A stretch of DNA of 64,000 nt. It comes from a virus. Position numbers and translations under genes: made by a program. Each line of letters starts with the position of its first letter. The stretch's first letter is position 1. The notes under the pieces were generated by a model. The model did no database searches. It was not told the origin of the DNA and saw only the letters and a program-made list of their open reading frames with translations. The stretch spans positions 32,001 through 96,000 of the IMG/VR virus record IMGVR_UViG_3300028384_001046. One strand, given 5' to 3'. Below are positions 20,797 through 29,722 of the stretch, in pieces.

Positions 20797-21594
20797 ATGG
20801 CTAATTACGCTTCTTATAAACAGATTAGTAACTCCCAAATCGTTGATGGGTCTATTACAAACACCCAGTTAGTACAGGGCGCTTTCTCGAACTGGAACGT
20901 CAAATGGATCTATGGTGATGCACAGGCAATGACATCTGGTTGTTGCTGTAATTGGACAGTACCCACTGGAGTCCAAAGGGTTTATTGGGAGCTCTGGGGT
21001 GCTGGAGGAAACGGACACGGAACGTGTTCTTGTAATAGATGTTATAACTGGCATGGTGCTGGTGGAGGATACTATAACTCAAAATCAATGGGTGTCAGTG
21101 CTGGAGACAGTTACACTGTTTGTGCTGCTGGTGTTTATCGTTGTTGTTCCAGAGATTGTGTTGGATGTAGAGGATGTAGTTCCTATGTAAACGGAACTGG
21201 ACTATCTAACTTCTGTGCTGCTGGTGGAACAAGAGGTTGTGCAACTAACTCTTGGAGTACTACTTGTTTCTCTGCATTCCAAGATTGCTGCGTTCAACCA
21301 GGAGCATGGGGTGGAGACTTTGCAATGGGTAACCACGCTGGTGGTACTAGAAAAGGATATGGTGGTGGTGGTTGGAACTGTCACTGTTACTATAACGAAA
21401 GTAGACCCACTGGTGCTCCATTCATGGGTACTATGGGTGTCAACTCTGCTGTTAGACACTGTTGGGTTCGTTGTGGTTGCTGGAGAGTTCCTTATGCACA
21501 TGGTGGTCAGGGCGCAGTTACATCTTACTGTGAGAGATGTTGCGGACAAGGTGGAACAGGTGGTAGTGGTGTTGTTAAAATCAGCTACATGTGA
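20797..21594 (+). CDS. Cys-rich glycine-rich-domain protein, paralog 3
   Basis: 25 Cys in 265 aa; same motif skeleton. Confidence 0.7.
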   Translation: MANYASYKQISNSQIVDGSITNTQLVQGAFSNWNVKWIYGDAQAMTSGCCCNWTVPTGVQRVYWELWGAGGNGHGTCSCNRCYNWHGAGGGYYNSKSMGVSAGDSYTVCAAGVYRCCSRDCVGCRGCSSYVNGTGLSNFCAAGGTRGCATNSWSTTCFSAFQDCCVQPGAWGGDFAMGNHAGGTRKGYGGGGWNCHCYYNESRPTGAPFMGTMGVNSAVRHCWVRCGCWRVPYAHGGQGAVTSYCERCCGQGGTGGSGVVKISYM

Positions 21595-21613
21595 TCCATC
21601 ATTAGTATTATTC

Positions 21614-21636
21614 AGACCCCGAAAGGGGTTTTTTTT
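21614..21636 (+). terminator. Intrinsic terminator with GNRA loop
   Basis: AGACCCC-GAAA-GGGGTTT followed by a T run. Confidence 0.85.
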
Positions 21637-21645
21637 ATGTTTTTT

Positions 21646-21653
21646 TATAAATA
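21646..21653 (+). promoter_or_regulatory. T4-type late promoter TATAAATA
   Basis: Exact consensus just after the terminator and before 21691. Confidence 0.75.
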
Positions 21654-21690
21654 ATCGAGAAGGACGTTAACCTGAAAAAATTTAACCACC

Positions 21691-22467
21691 ATGGCAACAG
21701 AAATTATTTCTCACGCTTGGAACATGCCAGTTCCAAATGACTTCCTAAGAGATCACTCTTTTAGTGAAGGTAGAACAAGAGCCGTCAGTTATGACGGACC
21801 AGATAAGATTTGGCTTCAAATCGGTGCAGATGGTACTGAACTGTATGGTCCACTGACTGAAGATGATATGGCTGATGGGCGCCCAGTCCCAGCTGATGTT
21901 ACTCAGATGTTTGAAGTAAACTGTACTGAGTATCCTCTCATCTGTCAGTTAAGAGCACCAGTTATCAACGAAAGACAAGAAGATAGAAGTGTAGATGATG
22001 AAATTCGTCATCCAGATTGTCCTGATATGACTGCCCAAGGTTACAGGACCTTTACTTACAATGAAACTCTTTTTGTGGAAGACATCTATGACGCTTCAAC
22101 TGTCAGAGTTGTTGATGGAGTTCCAACAGTTCATGCCTTTACCGTTAATGAAAAACTGATTGGTAGAGCAGATGATTTAACTTGGGATGATATCAGATCT
22201 CATAGAAACGCTCTTCTAGATGGTAGTGATCAATCTATTGCAGAGGACATGCCTGAAGATATGAAGAATAGTTGGAAAGCATATCGCCAAAAGTTGAGAG
22301 ATCTCCCTGCAGAGCTTGAGGCTGCTGGAGTTAGTCCAAATATTGCATACTATATGTTCCCACAACAGCCATTCTTTACTACTCCACCTTCTGATCCAGA
22401 ACCACCTGCAGATGCAACTGCAGGTTGGGCTCCACCAGAAAGTGGTGTTATGAATGGGGTTTCCTGA
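21691..22467 (+). CDS. Tail fibre assembly chaperone-like protein
   Basis: WDDIRSHRNALLDGSD...WKAYRQKLRDLP is the phage tail-assembly-chaperone motif. Confidence 0.75.
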   Translation: MATEIISHAWNMPVPNDFLRDHSFSEGRTRAVSYDGPDKIWLQIGADGTELYGPLTEDDMADGRPVPADVTQMFEVNCTEYPLICQLRAPVINERQEDRSVDDEIRHPDCPDMTAQGYRTFTYNETLFVEDIYDASTVRVVDGVPTVHAFTVNEKLIGRADDLTWDDIRSHRNALLDGSDQSIAEDMPEDMKNSWKAYRQKLRDLPAELEAAGVSPNIAYYMFPQQPFFTTPPSDPEPPADATAGWAPPESGVMNGVS

Positions 22468-22487
22468 ATCTGATATATAATATGATT

Positions 22488-22511
22488 AGGGGGATATAAT
22501 CCCCCTTTTTT
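22488..22511 (+). terminator. Intrinsic terminator
   Basis: AGGGGGAT-ATA-ATCCCCCT followed by Ts. Confidence 0.7.
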
Positions 22512-22524
22512 AATGGGAGGAATT

Positions 22525-23157
22525 ATGTTTGAACTGAATGAATCTCGTAAAACAACAGTAAAAAAAGTCTACGATCATGCTAAAAATGAACTGGGACATG
22601 TATGGAGGTATGTAATTACTGTAGATGATTTTTATAAAAACCCAGATGAAGTGAGGGAGTTTGCTTTAAATTGTACCCCCAAAAAAGATAAAAAGTATAC
22701 TGGCAATCTTATTGGGTCTAGAGTTGTTGAAGATGTAAATGGTTTTGATCAGAATTTAAGACAAGTTTTTGAAAAAGCATGTCAATTTGATTTTTGGAAT
22801 CCAGAGTTCGATGAAACTTTTTGGAGAGACACAAAATTTATGGTAAATGTCACCACCTCAGATGATATTGAAACCAGATTTAATGAGAGAAAACACACTT
22901 ATACATTCCATAAAGACTCCACCAGTTATAAGTGGGCATCATTAATCTATCTCAATAAAGAAGAGGAGTGTGATGGTGGAACCAACTTTTATGCGTGGAT
23001 GCCAGAAGATCCTTGCGCTACACCTAGATTGGAATATAGTATAGAAATGAAGTATAATAGAATGGTTTTATATGAGTGTGATCATATGCATGGAGCTGTC
23101 CTAAAAAAAGGTATGTTCAGTGATTTCCCGAGACTAACACAAGTGTTATTCATGTAA
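22525..23157 (+). CDS. 2OG-Fe(II) oxygenase-like protein (DUF6445-like)
   Basis: GGAGG RBS; VDDFYKNPDEVR, HKD motif, IYLN..GGTNFY, KYNRMVLY...HGA. Confidence 0.7.
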   Translation: MFELNESRKTTVKKVYDHAKNELGHVWRYVITVDDFYKNPDEVREFALNCTPKKDKKYTGNLIGSRVVEDVNGFDQNLRQVFEKACQFDFWNPEFDETFWRDTKFMVNVTTSDDIETRFNERKHTYTFHKDSTSYKWASLIYLNKEEECDGGTNFYAWMPEDPCATPRLEYSIEMKYNRMVLYECDHMHGAVLKKGMFSDFPRLTQVLFM

Positions 23158-23166
23158 TTTTGGTGT

Positions 23167-23174
23167 ACTAAATA
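23167..23174 (+). promoter_or_regulatory. Late-promoter variant ACTAAATA
   Basis: Same variant occurs upstream of gp19 (41441-41448); intergenic. Confidence 0.5.
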
Positions 23175-23217
23175 AATCAGAATAGATCATTCTTTATCAT
23201 CCCGTTTGGAGTTGTAT

Positions 23218-24372
23218 ATGAGACCCAAGGCATTTTTTATTAATGGAGGAGCTGGCAGAGTACTTTGCTCCATCCCTGCATTTGAAAAATATGCAGAAGA
23301 ACATGATGATTTTATCATTGTTGCTGAAGGAGGCACTGACTTTTTTAAGGGTCATCCCACCTTAGATGGTAAAGTCTATGATGTTTGGCACAAGAATTTG
23401 TTCCAAGAACATCTGAAACACAGAGATTGTGTTTCTCCAGAACCATACAGAATGTGGCATTACTACAACCAGAAGTGTAGTTTGACACAGGCTTTTGATA
23501 TGGAAATCAACGGTCTAGAAGAACCTAGAGAACTTCCCAAACCAACTCTCAACCTCACTAAGATGGAGGTTATTGCTGGTTACAATATGGTTCAGGAAGT
23601 AAAAGCAGTAACTGGTAAAGATAAAGTAGTTGTTATCCAACCCTTCGGTAGAGGTGTCGAACAAGTAGGTGACTTTATTGCAGACGCTTCTTCTAGAAGC
23701 ATGTCTCTAGTAAACACTGTAGACATCATCAATGACCTTAAAAAGGATTATGGTGTCATTGTCATGTCCGAAATTCAATTCCCTGTAGAAGAAAACGAAG
23801 ATAAGTCTAAGTATAAAATTGCAAGACCCCAGATTGAAGACATTCGAGTTTGGGCATCTGTAATTGATGTTGCAGACCACTTCCTAGGTGTGGATAGTAT
23901 TGGTCAACATATCTGTAAGGCTTTAGATAAAAAGGCAACCGTTGTAATCGGATCCACATATCCAGTCAATATTTCTTATCCAGAAGATAAGAACTTTGAT
24001 ATCATTGATATTGGTTTGGATAAGAGAAAATATTCTCCCATTAGATTGACAATGGATGAAGCTGTTGATCGTTATAATGATCAATCAATGGAAATGTCTA
24101 AAGATGATATTAGTAAAGTTCTAAGTTCTGTTAGAAAAGCTATGGGTAAACCCGCTACTTTTAAGGGAACTTACACTCCTGTTCAACAACAGCAAGATTG
24201 TCCTACATGCCCACCAGGAACTAAGACAACTCCCGCCGTTGCACCAGGAAGCGCTGCAATGATGCCGCAACAACAATGGAATCAACCACCAGTTATCGCG
24301 GAGAAACCCAAAAAACCAAAAGTAGGATTCAAACAGGAAGTAAAGAATCTCTTAAAGACTGAAACTAAGTGA
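23218..24372 (+). CDS. GT9-like (ADP-heptose-dependent heptosyltransferase-like) glycosyltransferase
   Basis: N-terminal GGAGRVLCSIP and C-domain IDVADHFLGVDSIGQHICKALDKKATVVIGST, resembling the GT9 'G.DSG..H.A.A...P.V..fG.T' motif. Confidence 0.65.
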   Translation: MRPKAFFINGGAGRVLCSIPAFEKYAEEHDDFIIVAEGGTDFFKGHPTLDGKVYDVWHKNLFQEHLKHRDCVSPEPYRMWHYYNQKCSLTQAFDMEINGLEEPRELPKPTLNLTKMEVIAGYNMVQEVKAVTGKDKVVVIQPFGRGVEQVGDFIADASSRSMSLVNTVDIINDLKKDYGVIVMSEIQFPVEENEDKSKYKIARPQIEDIRVWASVIDVADHFLGVDSIGQHICKALDKKATVVIGSTYPVNISYPEDKNFDIIDIGLDKRKYSPIRLTMDEAVDRYNDQSMEMSKDDISKVLSSVRKAMGKPATFKGTYTPVQQQQDCPTCPPGTKTTPAVAPGSAAMMPQQQWNQPPVIAEKPKKPKVGFKQEVKNLLKTETK

Positions 24373-24381
24373 GGTATTTAA

Positions 24382-26178
24382 ATGTCACAATGGATTGCGG
24401 CTATTGCCCGAGGACATAACTCGGGTCTTTGTCTCCTGAAAGATGGAGAAATTGTATTATCGATTGAGGAAGAAAGACTTTCTAGGAACAAGTATGATGG
24501 TGGTCCATATGCTTGTATGACCAGAATCCTGGATTTTACTGACAAACTAGACTATCTTGTTATTGCACATACCCAACCACTAAGTGAGGCTGGTCATTGT
24601 GATTTTAGTGGAGATCCAATCTATGTTGCATTAGCAAGAAAGTTGGGGTTGATTGATAGACATGCAAACCCACATGAACATCCACAAGTTATTGACCTAA
24701 GTTCTACTCATCATAAACTTCATGCAGCATGTGCATTTTATAGATCAGGTTTTGATCGCGCTGCTGCAGTTGTTGTTGATGGTGCAGGCACTTTTATTCC
24801 CATGAATATTAATGGGGAAAATGAAATGACATGGGAACTAGAGTCCATGTTTAATTGTGAGTATCCATCCGAATTTAAAACTGTCTACAAGCACCAAGGT
24901 GGAAGAGGTCCATGGGGATCTATTAGATTTGAAGAGTTTAGTAGTGAGAGAGAAGGTGAAGAAGGCACTCATGAGATGATTCTTGATGAGAGCGCTGGCA
25001 TTACCAAAGCGTATGAAGCGGTAACTCAATATTGTGGTTGGGCACCTATCGAAGCTGGTAAGACTATGGGTTTATTCCCATATGGAAAACCCAACGATCA
25101 TATTCCAGATGTATATACCGATTATAATGGTACTGCAACATGGAAAACATCTAATAGGGACCTTATTGTACCAACCTATCCTAACGGTGCCGTAGTCAAC
25201 CAGGGGCGGTTTAAGTTCCTTCAGACTGACTATGACTATGAAGGAGATAAGACCCTCTTAGAGAACCGTAGAGACATGGCATACGCCATTCAAGTAGAGT
25301 CTCAGCAAATGGTTTTGGATCTTATTCGTAAAGTTGTAGATATGACTGGTCAAACTAATGTTGTATTGACTGGTGGATATGCATTAAATTGTGTTGCTAA
25401 CTATTGGTATCTTGAACAACTCAAAGATGAAGGTATTAACTTATTCGTAGAACCAGTAAGTAATGATGCTGGTACTGCAATTGGAGCAGCACTCCTTCAA
25501 TATCATAGAGTAACGAAAGATGCACAAGTCCGTGAACCACTAAAAACCCTTTATACTGGATTTGAATACATGTATGCAACCGATGAAATTGTAGATACTG
25601 CAGATAAGTATGAGTCTACGAGAGTCTTTGAAGCTACAAACAAAGATGTAATTGATCTAATTACCAACAAAAATATTGTTGCTGTTTTCCAAGGTAGATC
25701 TGAAGCTGGTCCTAGAGCACTGGGCAATCGTTCTATTCTATATGATCCTCGCGATCCTGATGGAAAAGACTTTGTTAATAAGGTAAAACGTCGTGAATAT
25801 TTCCGACCATTCGCTGGGTCAATTCTAAAAGAACATGTTCATGAATGGTTTGATCTTCGTGGCATGGATGAAACTCCATTTATGATGTATGCTGTTAAGT
25901 GTAAGGAGGGTATTGAGGAAAAAATTCCTGCAATTATTCACGTTGATGGAACTTGTAGAATCCAAACAGTCACTGAAGAACAGAACAAAAATTATCATGA
26001 TCTGATTAGAGAGTTCTATGAAGCTACTGGTTGTCCTATTGTCTTCAACACTTCTTTTAATCTGGGTGGCGAGCCTCTCGTTGAAACACTTGATGACGCT
26101 TGCAGAACCCTCGCTAACTCTGATATTGAATACCTGTACTTGCCCGAATATGGTTTGATGATTGAGGTTAAAAACTAA
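24382..26178 (+). CDS. O-carbamoyltransferase, NodU/CmcH/TobZ family, full length
   Basis: EEERLSRNK, HHKLHA, VVDGAG, GGYALNCVAN, NDAGTAIG, plus C-terminal GPRALGNRS, REYFRPFA, HVDGTCRIQTV, NTSFN. Confidence 0.9.
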   Translation: MSQWIAAIARGHNSGLCLLKDGEIVLSIEEERLSRNKYDGGPYACMTRILDFTDKLDYLVIAHTQPLSEAGHCDFSGDPIYVALARKLGLIDRHANPHEHPQVIDLSSTHHKLHAACAFYRSGFDRAAAVVVDGAGTFIPMNINGENEMTWELESMFNCEYPSEFKTVYKHQGGRGPWGSIRFEEFSSEREGEEGTHEMILDESAGITKAYEAVTQYCGWAPIEAGKTMGLFPYGKPNDHIPDVYTDYNGTATWKTSNRDLIVPTYPNGAVVNQGRFKFLQTDYDYEGDKTLLENRRDMAYAIQVESQQMVLDLIRKVVDMTGQTNVVLTGGYALNCVANYWYLEQLKDEGINLFVEPVSNDAGTAIGAALLQYHRVTKDAQVREPLKTLYTGFEYMYATDEIVDTADKYESTRVFEATNKDVIDLITNKNIVAVFQGRSEAGPRALGNRSILYDPRDPDGKDFVNKVKRREYFRPFAGSILKEHVHEWFDLRGMDETPFMMYAVKCKEGIEEKIPAIIHVDGTCRIQTVTEEQNKNYHDLIREFYEATGCPIVFNTSFNLGGEPLVETLDDACRTLANSDIEYLYLPEYGLMIEVKN

Positions 26179-26585
26179 TGAAGACAGTTTTTGTTAATGG
26201 TACATTTGATATCCTTCATCCAGGACACATTGAATTATTTCGAGTAGCAAAGTCTCTTGGTGATCGTGTAGTCGTCGCTACTGATAGTGATGCTAAGATC
26301 AAAAAAGACAAGGGACCAACTAAACCGATTAATGATTTGTGTTATCGAGTATCAATGCTTAAGTCAATTAAGTATATTGATGTTGTTCATTATTTCCATG
26401 ACAGATCTGGTTTGGAGAGTTTAATTAGGCTCTATAGACCAGATATTCTCCTTTTGGGGGGTGATTGGGAAGGCGGAGATGTTGTCGGTAAAGATCTTGC
26501 CAAAGAAGTTAGATTTCTTCCAAGAGTAGGAGACTACTCATCTAGTGCTGTTATTAATAAAATTCTAACAAATCATTCAACCTGA
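26178..26585 (+). CDS. Nucleotidyltransferase, RfaE/HldE domain II-like
   Basis: NGTFDILHPGH (HxGH), DSDAKIKKDKGPTKPIN, GGDW, YSSS. Confidence 0.85.
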   Translation: MKTVFVNGTFDILHPGHIELFRVAKSLGDRVVVATDSDAKIKKDKGPTKPINDLCYRVSMLKSIKYIDVVHYFHDRSGLESLIRLYRPDILLLGGDWEGGDVVGKDLAKEVRFLPRVGDYSSSAVINKILTNHST

Positions 26586-27370
26586 TGAATTATAATATAT
26601 TAGTTATTGGCGACTCCTGTGAAGATGAATATATCTATGGAGATTGTTCTAGATTAAATCCAGAGGGACCCATTCCCGTTCTTGATAAAACTTCTACAGA
26701 AGTCAAGGCAGGAATGGCAGCAAATGTTAATGCAAACTTGAAGTCACTTGGAATTAAAACTAATCTAATTACTCAAAAAGAGACAATCAAAAAAACAAGA
26801 TTTGTTGATAGAAAGAGTAATTATCAATTACTTAGAGTTGATTCTACACCTGAGGTGACTCCTTTAAGCGCTCCTCAGGTCAAGATGGCATTCATGCACA
26901 GTCGATATGATGCATTAGTAATATCCGATTATAATAAGGGGTTTCTTACAATCCAATCAATGCAGACTATTTGTACGTATTTTAGGGGTCCTATTTTCAT
27001 TGACACTAAAAAGACTAAGTTATTCCAACAATCTAATGTTTTTTACAAAATAAACAAGAAGGAATATGATCTACTTGATAGGGAATATATGCCCAGTGAT
27101 ACTAATCTAATCGTCACTTTGGGAGCAAACGGATGCAAATGGAGTGGTATCCATTTTCAACCAAGAACTGTCAATGTATTTGACGTATGCGGAGCTGGTG
27201 ATACCTTTCTCGCGGCATTAGTTTCTGAGTTTCTTGTTACAAAAGATATGCAAAGGTCTATTGATCTTGCAAATAGAGCAGCTTCTATCTCTGTAGAAAA
27301 CCCAGGAACATATCAACTAACTAGATCTGATATTGAGAGGATTTATAATGAGCGAATTCAAACAACCTAA
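26585..27370 (+). CDS. PfkB-family kinase, RfaE/HldE domain I-like (heptose-7-phosphate kinase)
   Basis: VIGDSCEDEYIYG..RLNPEGPIPV, GMAANV, ISDYNKG, DVCGAGDTF. Confidence 0.85.
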   Translation: MNYNILVIGDSCEDEYIYGDCSRLNPEGPIPVLDKTSTEVKAGMAANVNANLKSLGIKTNLITQKETIKKTRFVDRKSNYQLLRVDSTPEVTPLSAPQVKMAFMHSRYDALVISDYNKGFLTIQSMQTICTYFRGPIFIDTKKTKLFQQSNVFYKINKKEYDLLDREYMPSDTNLIVTLGANGCKWSGIHFQPRTVNVFDVCGAGDTFLAALVSEFLVTKDMQRSIDLANRAASISVENPGTYQLTRSDIERIYNERIQTT

Positions 27371-27893
27371 TCCAATATTTTGGATGCCTTTCTTTATCGA
27401 ACCAATCGATGTCGATAAATTAGAATTTAAAGAGGAACCAAACTATAAACCAACGTTTATTTCAAGAACTCCAACTACAATGGAGGAGGATTGTCTCACT
27501 GATGAATCATACAATTATCTTGGTAGATTGATTTGGGAATGTATTGGTCAATATACAGAAAAACCTTTTTTCATTGGTTCTGTTTGGCGTAATAAGTATG
27601 GAAAGACTGATTGGCAAGATCCACATATTCATTCTGGAGCTCAATGGAGTTTTGTAATTTACGTGGATGTTGAAGAGTCCAAGACAGTTTTTCTTTCTCC
27701 AAGCAGACACGATCAGATGAATCAATGGGGATATTTGGGTAACGCATTTCCTATTGATTATTCACCTAAAGTTTCTCCTGGAAATATTATAATTTTCCCA
27801 TCATTCATCGAACACTTTGTTCCCCCTGGAAATGAAGGTATAACTATATCAGGTAACATTTATTATGATCAACCCCCTGGAGGACCATGCTAA
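27348..27893 (+). CDS. Putative 2OG-Fe(II) oxygenase (TIGR02466-like)
   Basis: W.N...QDPHIH..WSFVIY...GNIIIFPSFIEHFV...ITISGN. Confidence 0.7.
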   Translation: MSEFKQPNPIFWMPFFIEPIDVDKLEFKEEPNYKPTFISRTPTTMEEDCLTDESYNYLGRLIWECIGQYTEKPFFIGSVWRNKYGKTDWQDPHIHSGAQWSFVIYVDVEESKTVFLSPSRHDQMNQWGYLGNAFPIDYSPKVSPGNIIIFPSFIEHFVPPGNEGITISGNIYYDQPPGGPC

Positions 27894-29044
27894 AAAAACA
27901 AGTAGGGTTTAATCTGACACATGATTCATCGGTATCAGTTTTAGATGAAGATGGTGACATAGAGCTTTTTGTAGAAGAAGAAAGATTAAGCAGAATTAAA
28001 CATGATAGCATTCCATTCAAAGCATGTGATCTTGTTCTTGGTGGACTTACTTTGCAAGAGATTGAAAAATATGAACTGGGTGCAAGTGGATTAATATACA
28101 GAGATGAATATGGAGCAACAAGATTAAATACTTATTATGACCCACTGATTATTAATACTGTTAAATCATTAAAAACTGCCGTACAGGATCGCTCCATTGA
28201 AAACTATGAACTAATAAAGAAAAAATTTGATATATTTTATGAGCATCACTTATTTCATGCTTATTGTGGATTCTATAATTCTGGATTTGATGATGCAGTT
28301 ACAGTTGTAGTTGATGGTATGGGAAATTCTGTAATTGATAATACGGGGTCTTTCAACGAAGATACAAATGAGGTTGCTTCAATATTCGATGCATCTTATC
28401 CAAAGAATATGAATTATTTGGGAGGAATGGCTACACATTCTACTCATAGTCCTTGGGAGAGTCAAAATACAAACCATGATGGTAATTGGACATGTGGAAT
28501 TGGCATGGCATATTCTGCAGTATCTGCTTACATGGGTTTTGGACAACTTGGATCTGGAAAACTAATGGGTCTTGCTCCGTATGGTAAAGAAGATCCAAAT
28601 ATTAGACCTTTTCTTCTTGACAATGGATTTCATGTAAATTCATCTCTTTTTTATAGGACCACAAATGGATGTAATTTTGTTCCATATGATTATTTGCCTC
28701 GATGTGGAGATGGAGAATCTTTCGATATTGAAAATAATTTTGAAAAATTAGCTAATCTTGCTTGGAGGATTCAAGAAGATTTTCAGAAACACATGTTGAA
28801 AATTTTATTGGATGCTCTTAAAATGACAGGACGTAAAAATATTATTTTAACTGGTGGATGTGCTTTAAATTGTGCTGCAAATTACTGGTATTTGGATAAG
28901 TTGCCAAAAGATGTTAAACTATATGTGGAACCCATCAGTACTGATGCTGGAACTAGTCTTGGGATAGCCAAGGCTCAACATTATTCCAAAACTGGTTCCA
29001 TGAAGAAACACCCACTTAAAACCTTATACTTAGGACCCGAATGA
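27887..29044 (+). CDS. Carbamoyltransferase, N-terminal (Kae1-like) domain only
   Basis: HDSS, EEERLSRIKHD, HHLFHA, VVDGMG, GKLMGLAPYG, GGCALNC, DAGTSLG; ends at LYLGPE with no C-terminal domain. Confidence 0.85.
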   Translation: MLKKQVGFNLTHDSSVSVLDEDGDIELFVEEERLSRIKHDSIPFKACDLVLGGLTLQEIEKYELGASGLIYRDEYGATRLNTYYDPLIINTVKSLKTAVQDRSIENYELIKKKFDIFYEHHLFHAYCGFYNSGFDDAVTVVVDGMGNSVIDNTGSFNEDTNEVASIFDASYPKNMNYLGGMATHSTHSPWESQNTNHDGNWTCGIGMAYSAVSAYMGFGQLGSGKLMGLAPYGKEDPNIRPFLLDNGFHVNSSLFYRTTNGCNFVPYDYLPRCGDGESFDIENNFEKLANLAWRIQEDFQKHMLKILLDALKMTGRKNIILTGGCALNCAANYWYLDKLPKDVKLYVEPISTDAGTSLGIAKAQHYSKTGSMKKHPLKTLYLGPE

Positions 29045-29367
29045 GATATAACGTGGATATAGACGGCACTATCTGTATTCCTGGAAAGGGAGAAGGTAGA
29101 TATACTGAAGCTGTACCTATCCCAGAAAGGATCGCTAAAATAAATGATCTATATATTAAAGGACATCAAATAATCTACCATACTGCTAGAGGTATGGGTA
29201 CATTTGATAATGATAGAGAAAAGGCTAAAGAAAAGTATTATGACTTCACCCTAAAACAGCTTCGCAGTTGGGGGTGTATGTTCCACGATCTTTTCCTAGG
29301 GAAACCTGCCGCCGACTATTACATTGACGACAAAGGAGTAAACTCTGATGATTTCTTCAAGACCTAG
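29041..29367 (+). CDS. Small capless HAD-family phosphatase
   Basis: DIDGT (motif I), HTARG (motif II), GKP..DYYIDDK (motifs III/IV). Confidence 0.8.
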   Translation: MRYNVDIDGTICIPGKGEGRYTEAVPIPERIAKINDLYIKGHQIIYHTARGMGTFDNDREKAKEKYYDFTLKQLRSWGCMFHDLFLGKPAADYYIDDKGVNSDDFFKT

Positions 29368-29722
29368 AGCAGGGGAACCGATCAAATTCGTATCCAAAGG
29401 ATGGGGATATGAAAAATGGATCGTTAACTCCGAACAATATTGTGGTAAACTCCTTTTCATTGCAAAAGGAAAACAATGTTCTTGGCACTTTCATAAAAAG
29501 AAAGACGAAGTTTTCTACGTCCAAAGTGGAAAAATTAAAATCTACTATGGATGGGACGACAATATTGAGATGGCTAGTGTATCTGTCTTGGAACCAGGAG
29601 ATAAGTTTCATGTTCCTATTGGAATGAAACATAGAATGTATGGTCTTTCGGATACTGAACTATTTGAGTTTAGTACAGAACACTTTGATGAAGACAGTAA
29701 TAGAATTCAACCTGGGGATTGA
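29348..29722 (+). CDS. Cupin, sugar-isomerase-like
   Basis: KGWGYEKW, CSWHFHKKKDEVFYVQSG, PGDKFHVPIGMKHR, EFST. Confidence 0.75.
   Translation: MISSRPRAGEPIKFVSKGWGYEKWIVNSEQYCGKLLFIAKGKQCSWHFHKKKDEVFYVQSGKIKIYYGWDDNIEMASVSVLEPGDKFHVPIGMKHRMYGLSDTELFEFSTEHFDEDSNRIQPGD

Noticed and set aside
13795-21594. Diversity-generating retroelement suggested by the Mtd_N-like domain and similar 3' ends of the paralogs
   Set aside because: No reverse transcriptase in the window. Differences between paralog 3' ends are mostly at synonymous positions and not adenine-specific, so no TR/VR pair is evident.
19181-21594. RiPP precursors or metallothioneins
   Set aside because: At about 260 aa with a tail-adhesin-like scaffold and an adjacent fibre chaperone, and with no leader peptidase, exporter, YcaO, LanM or radical SAM gene, they do not fit.
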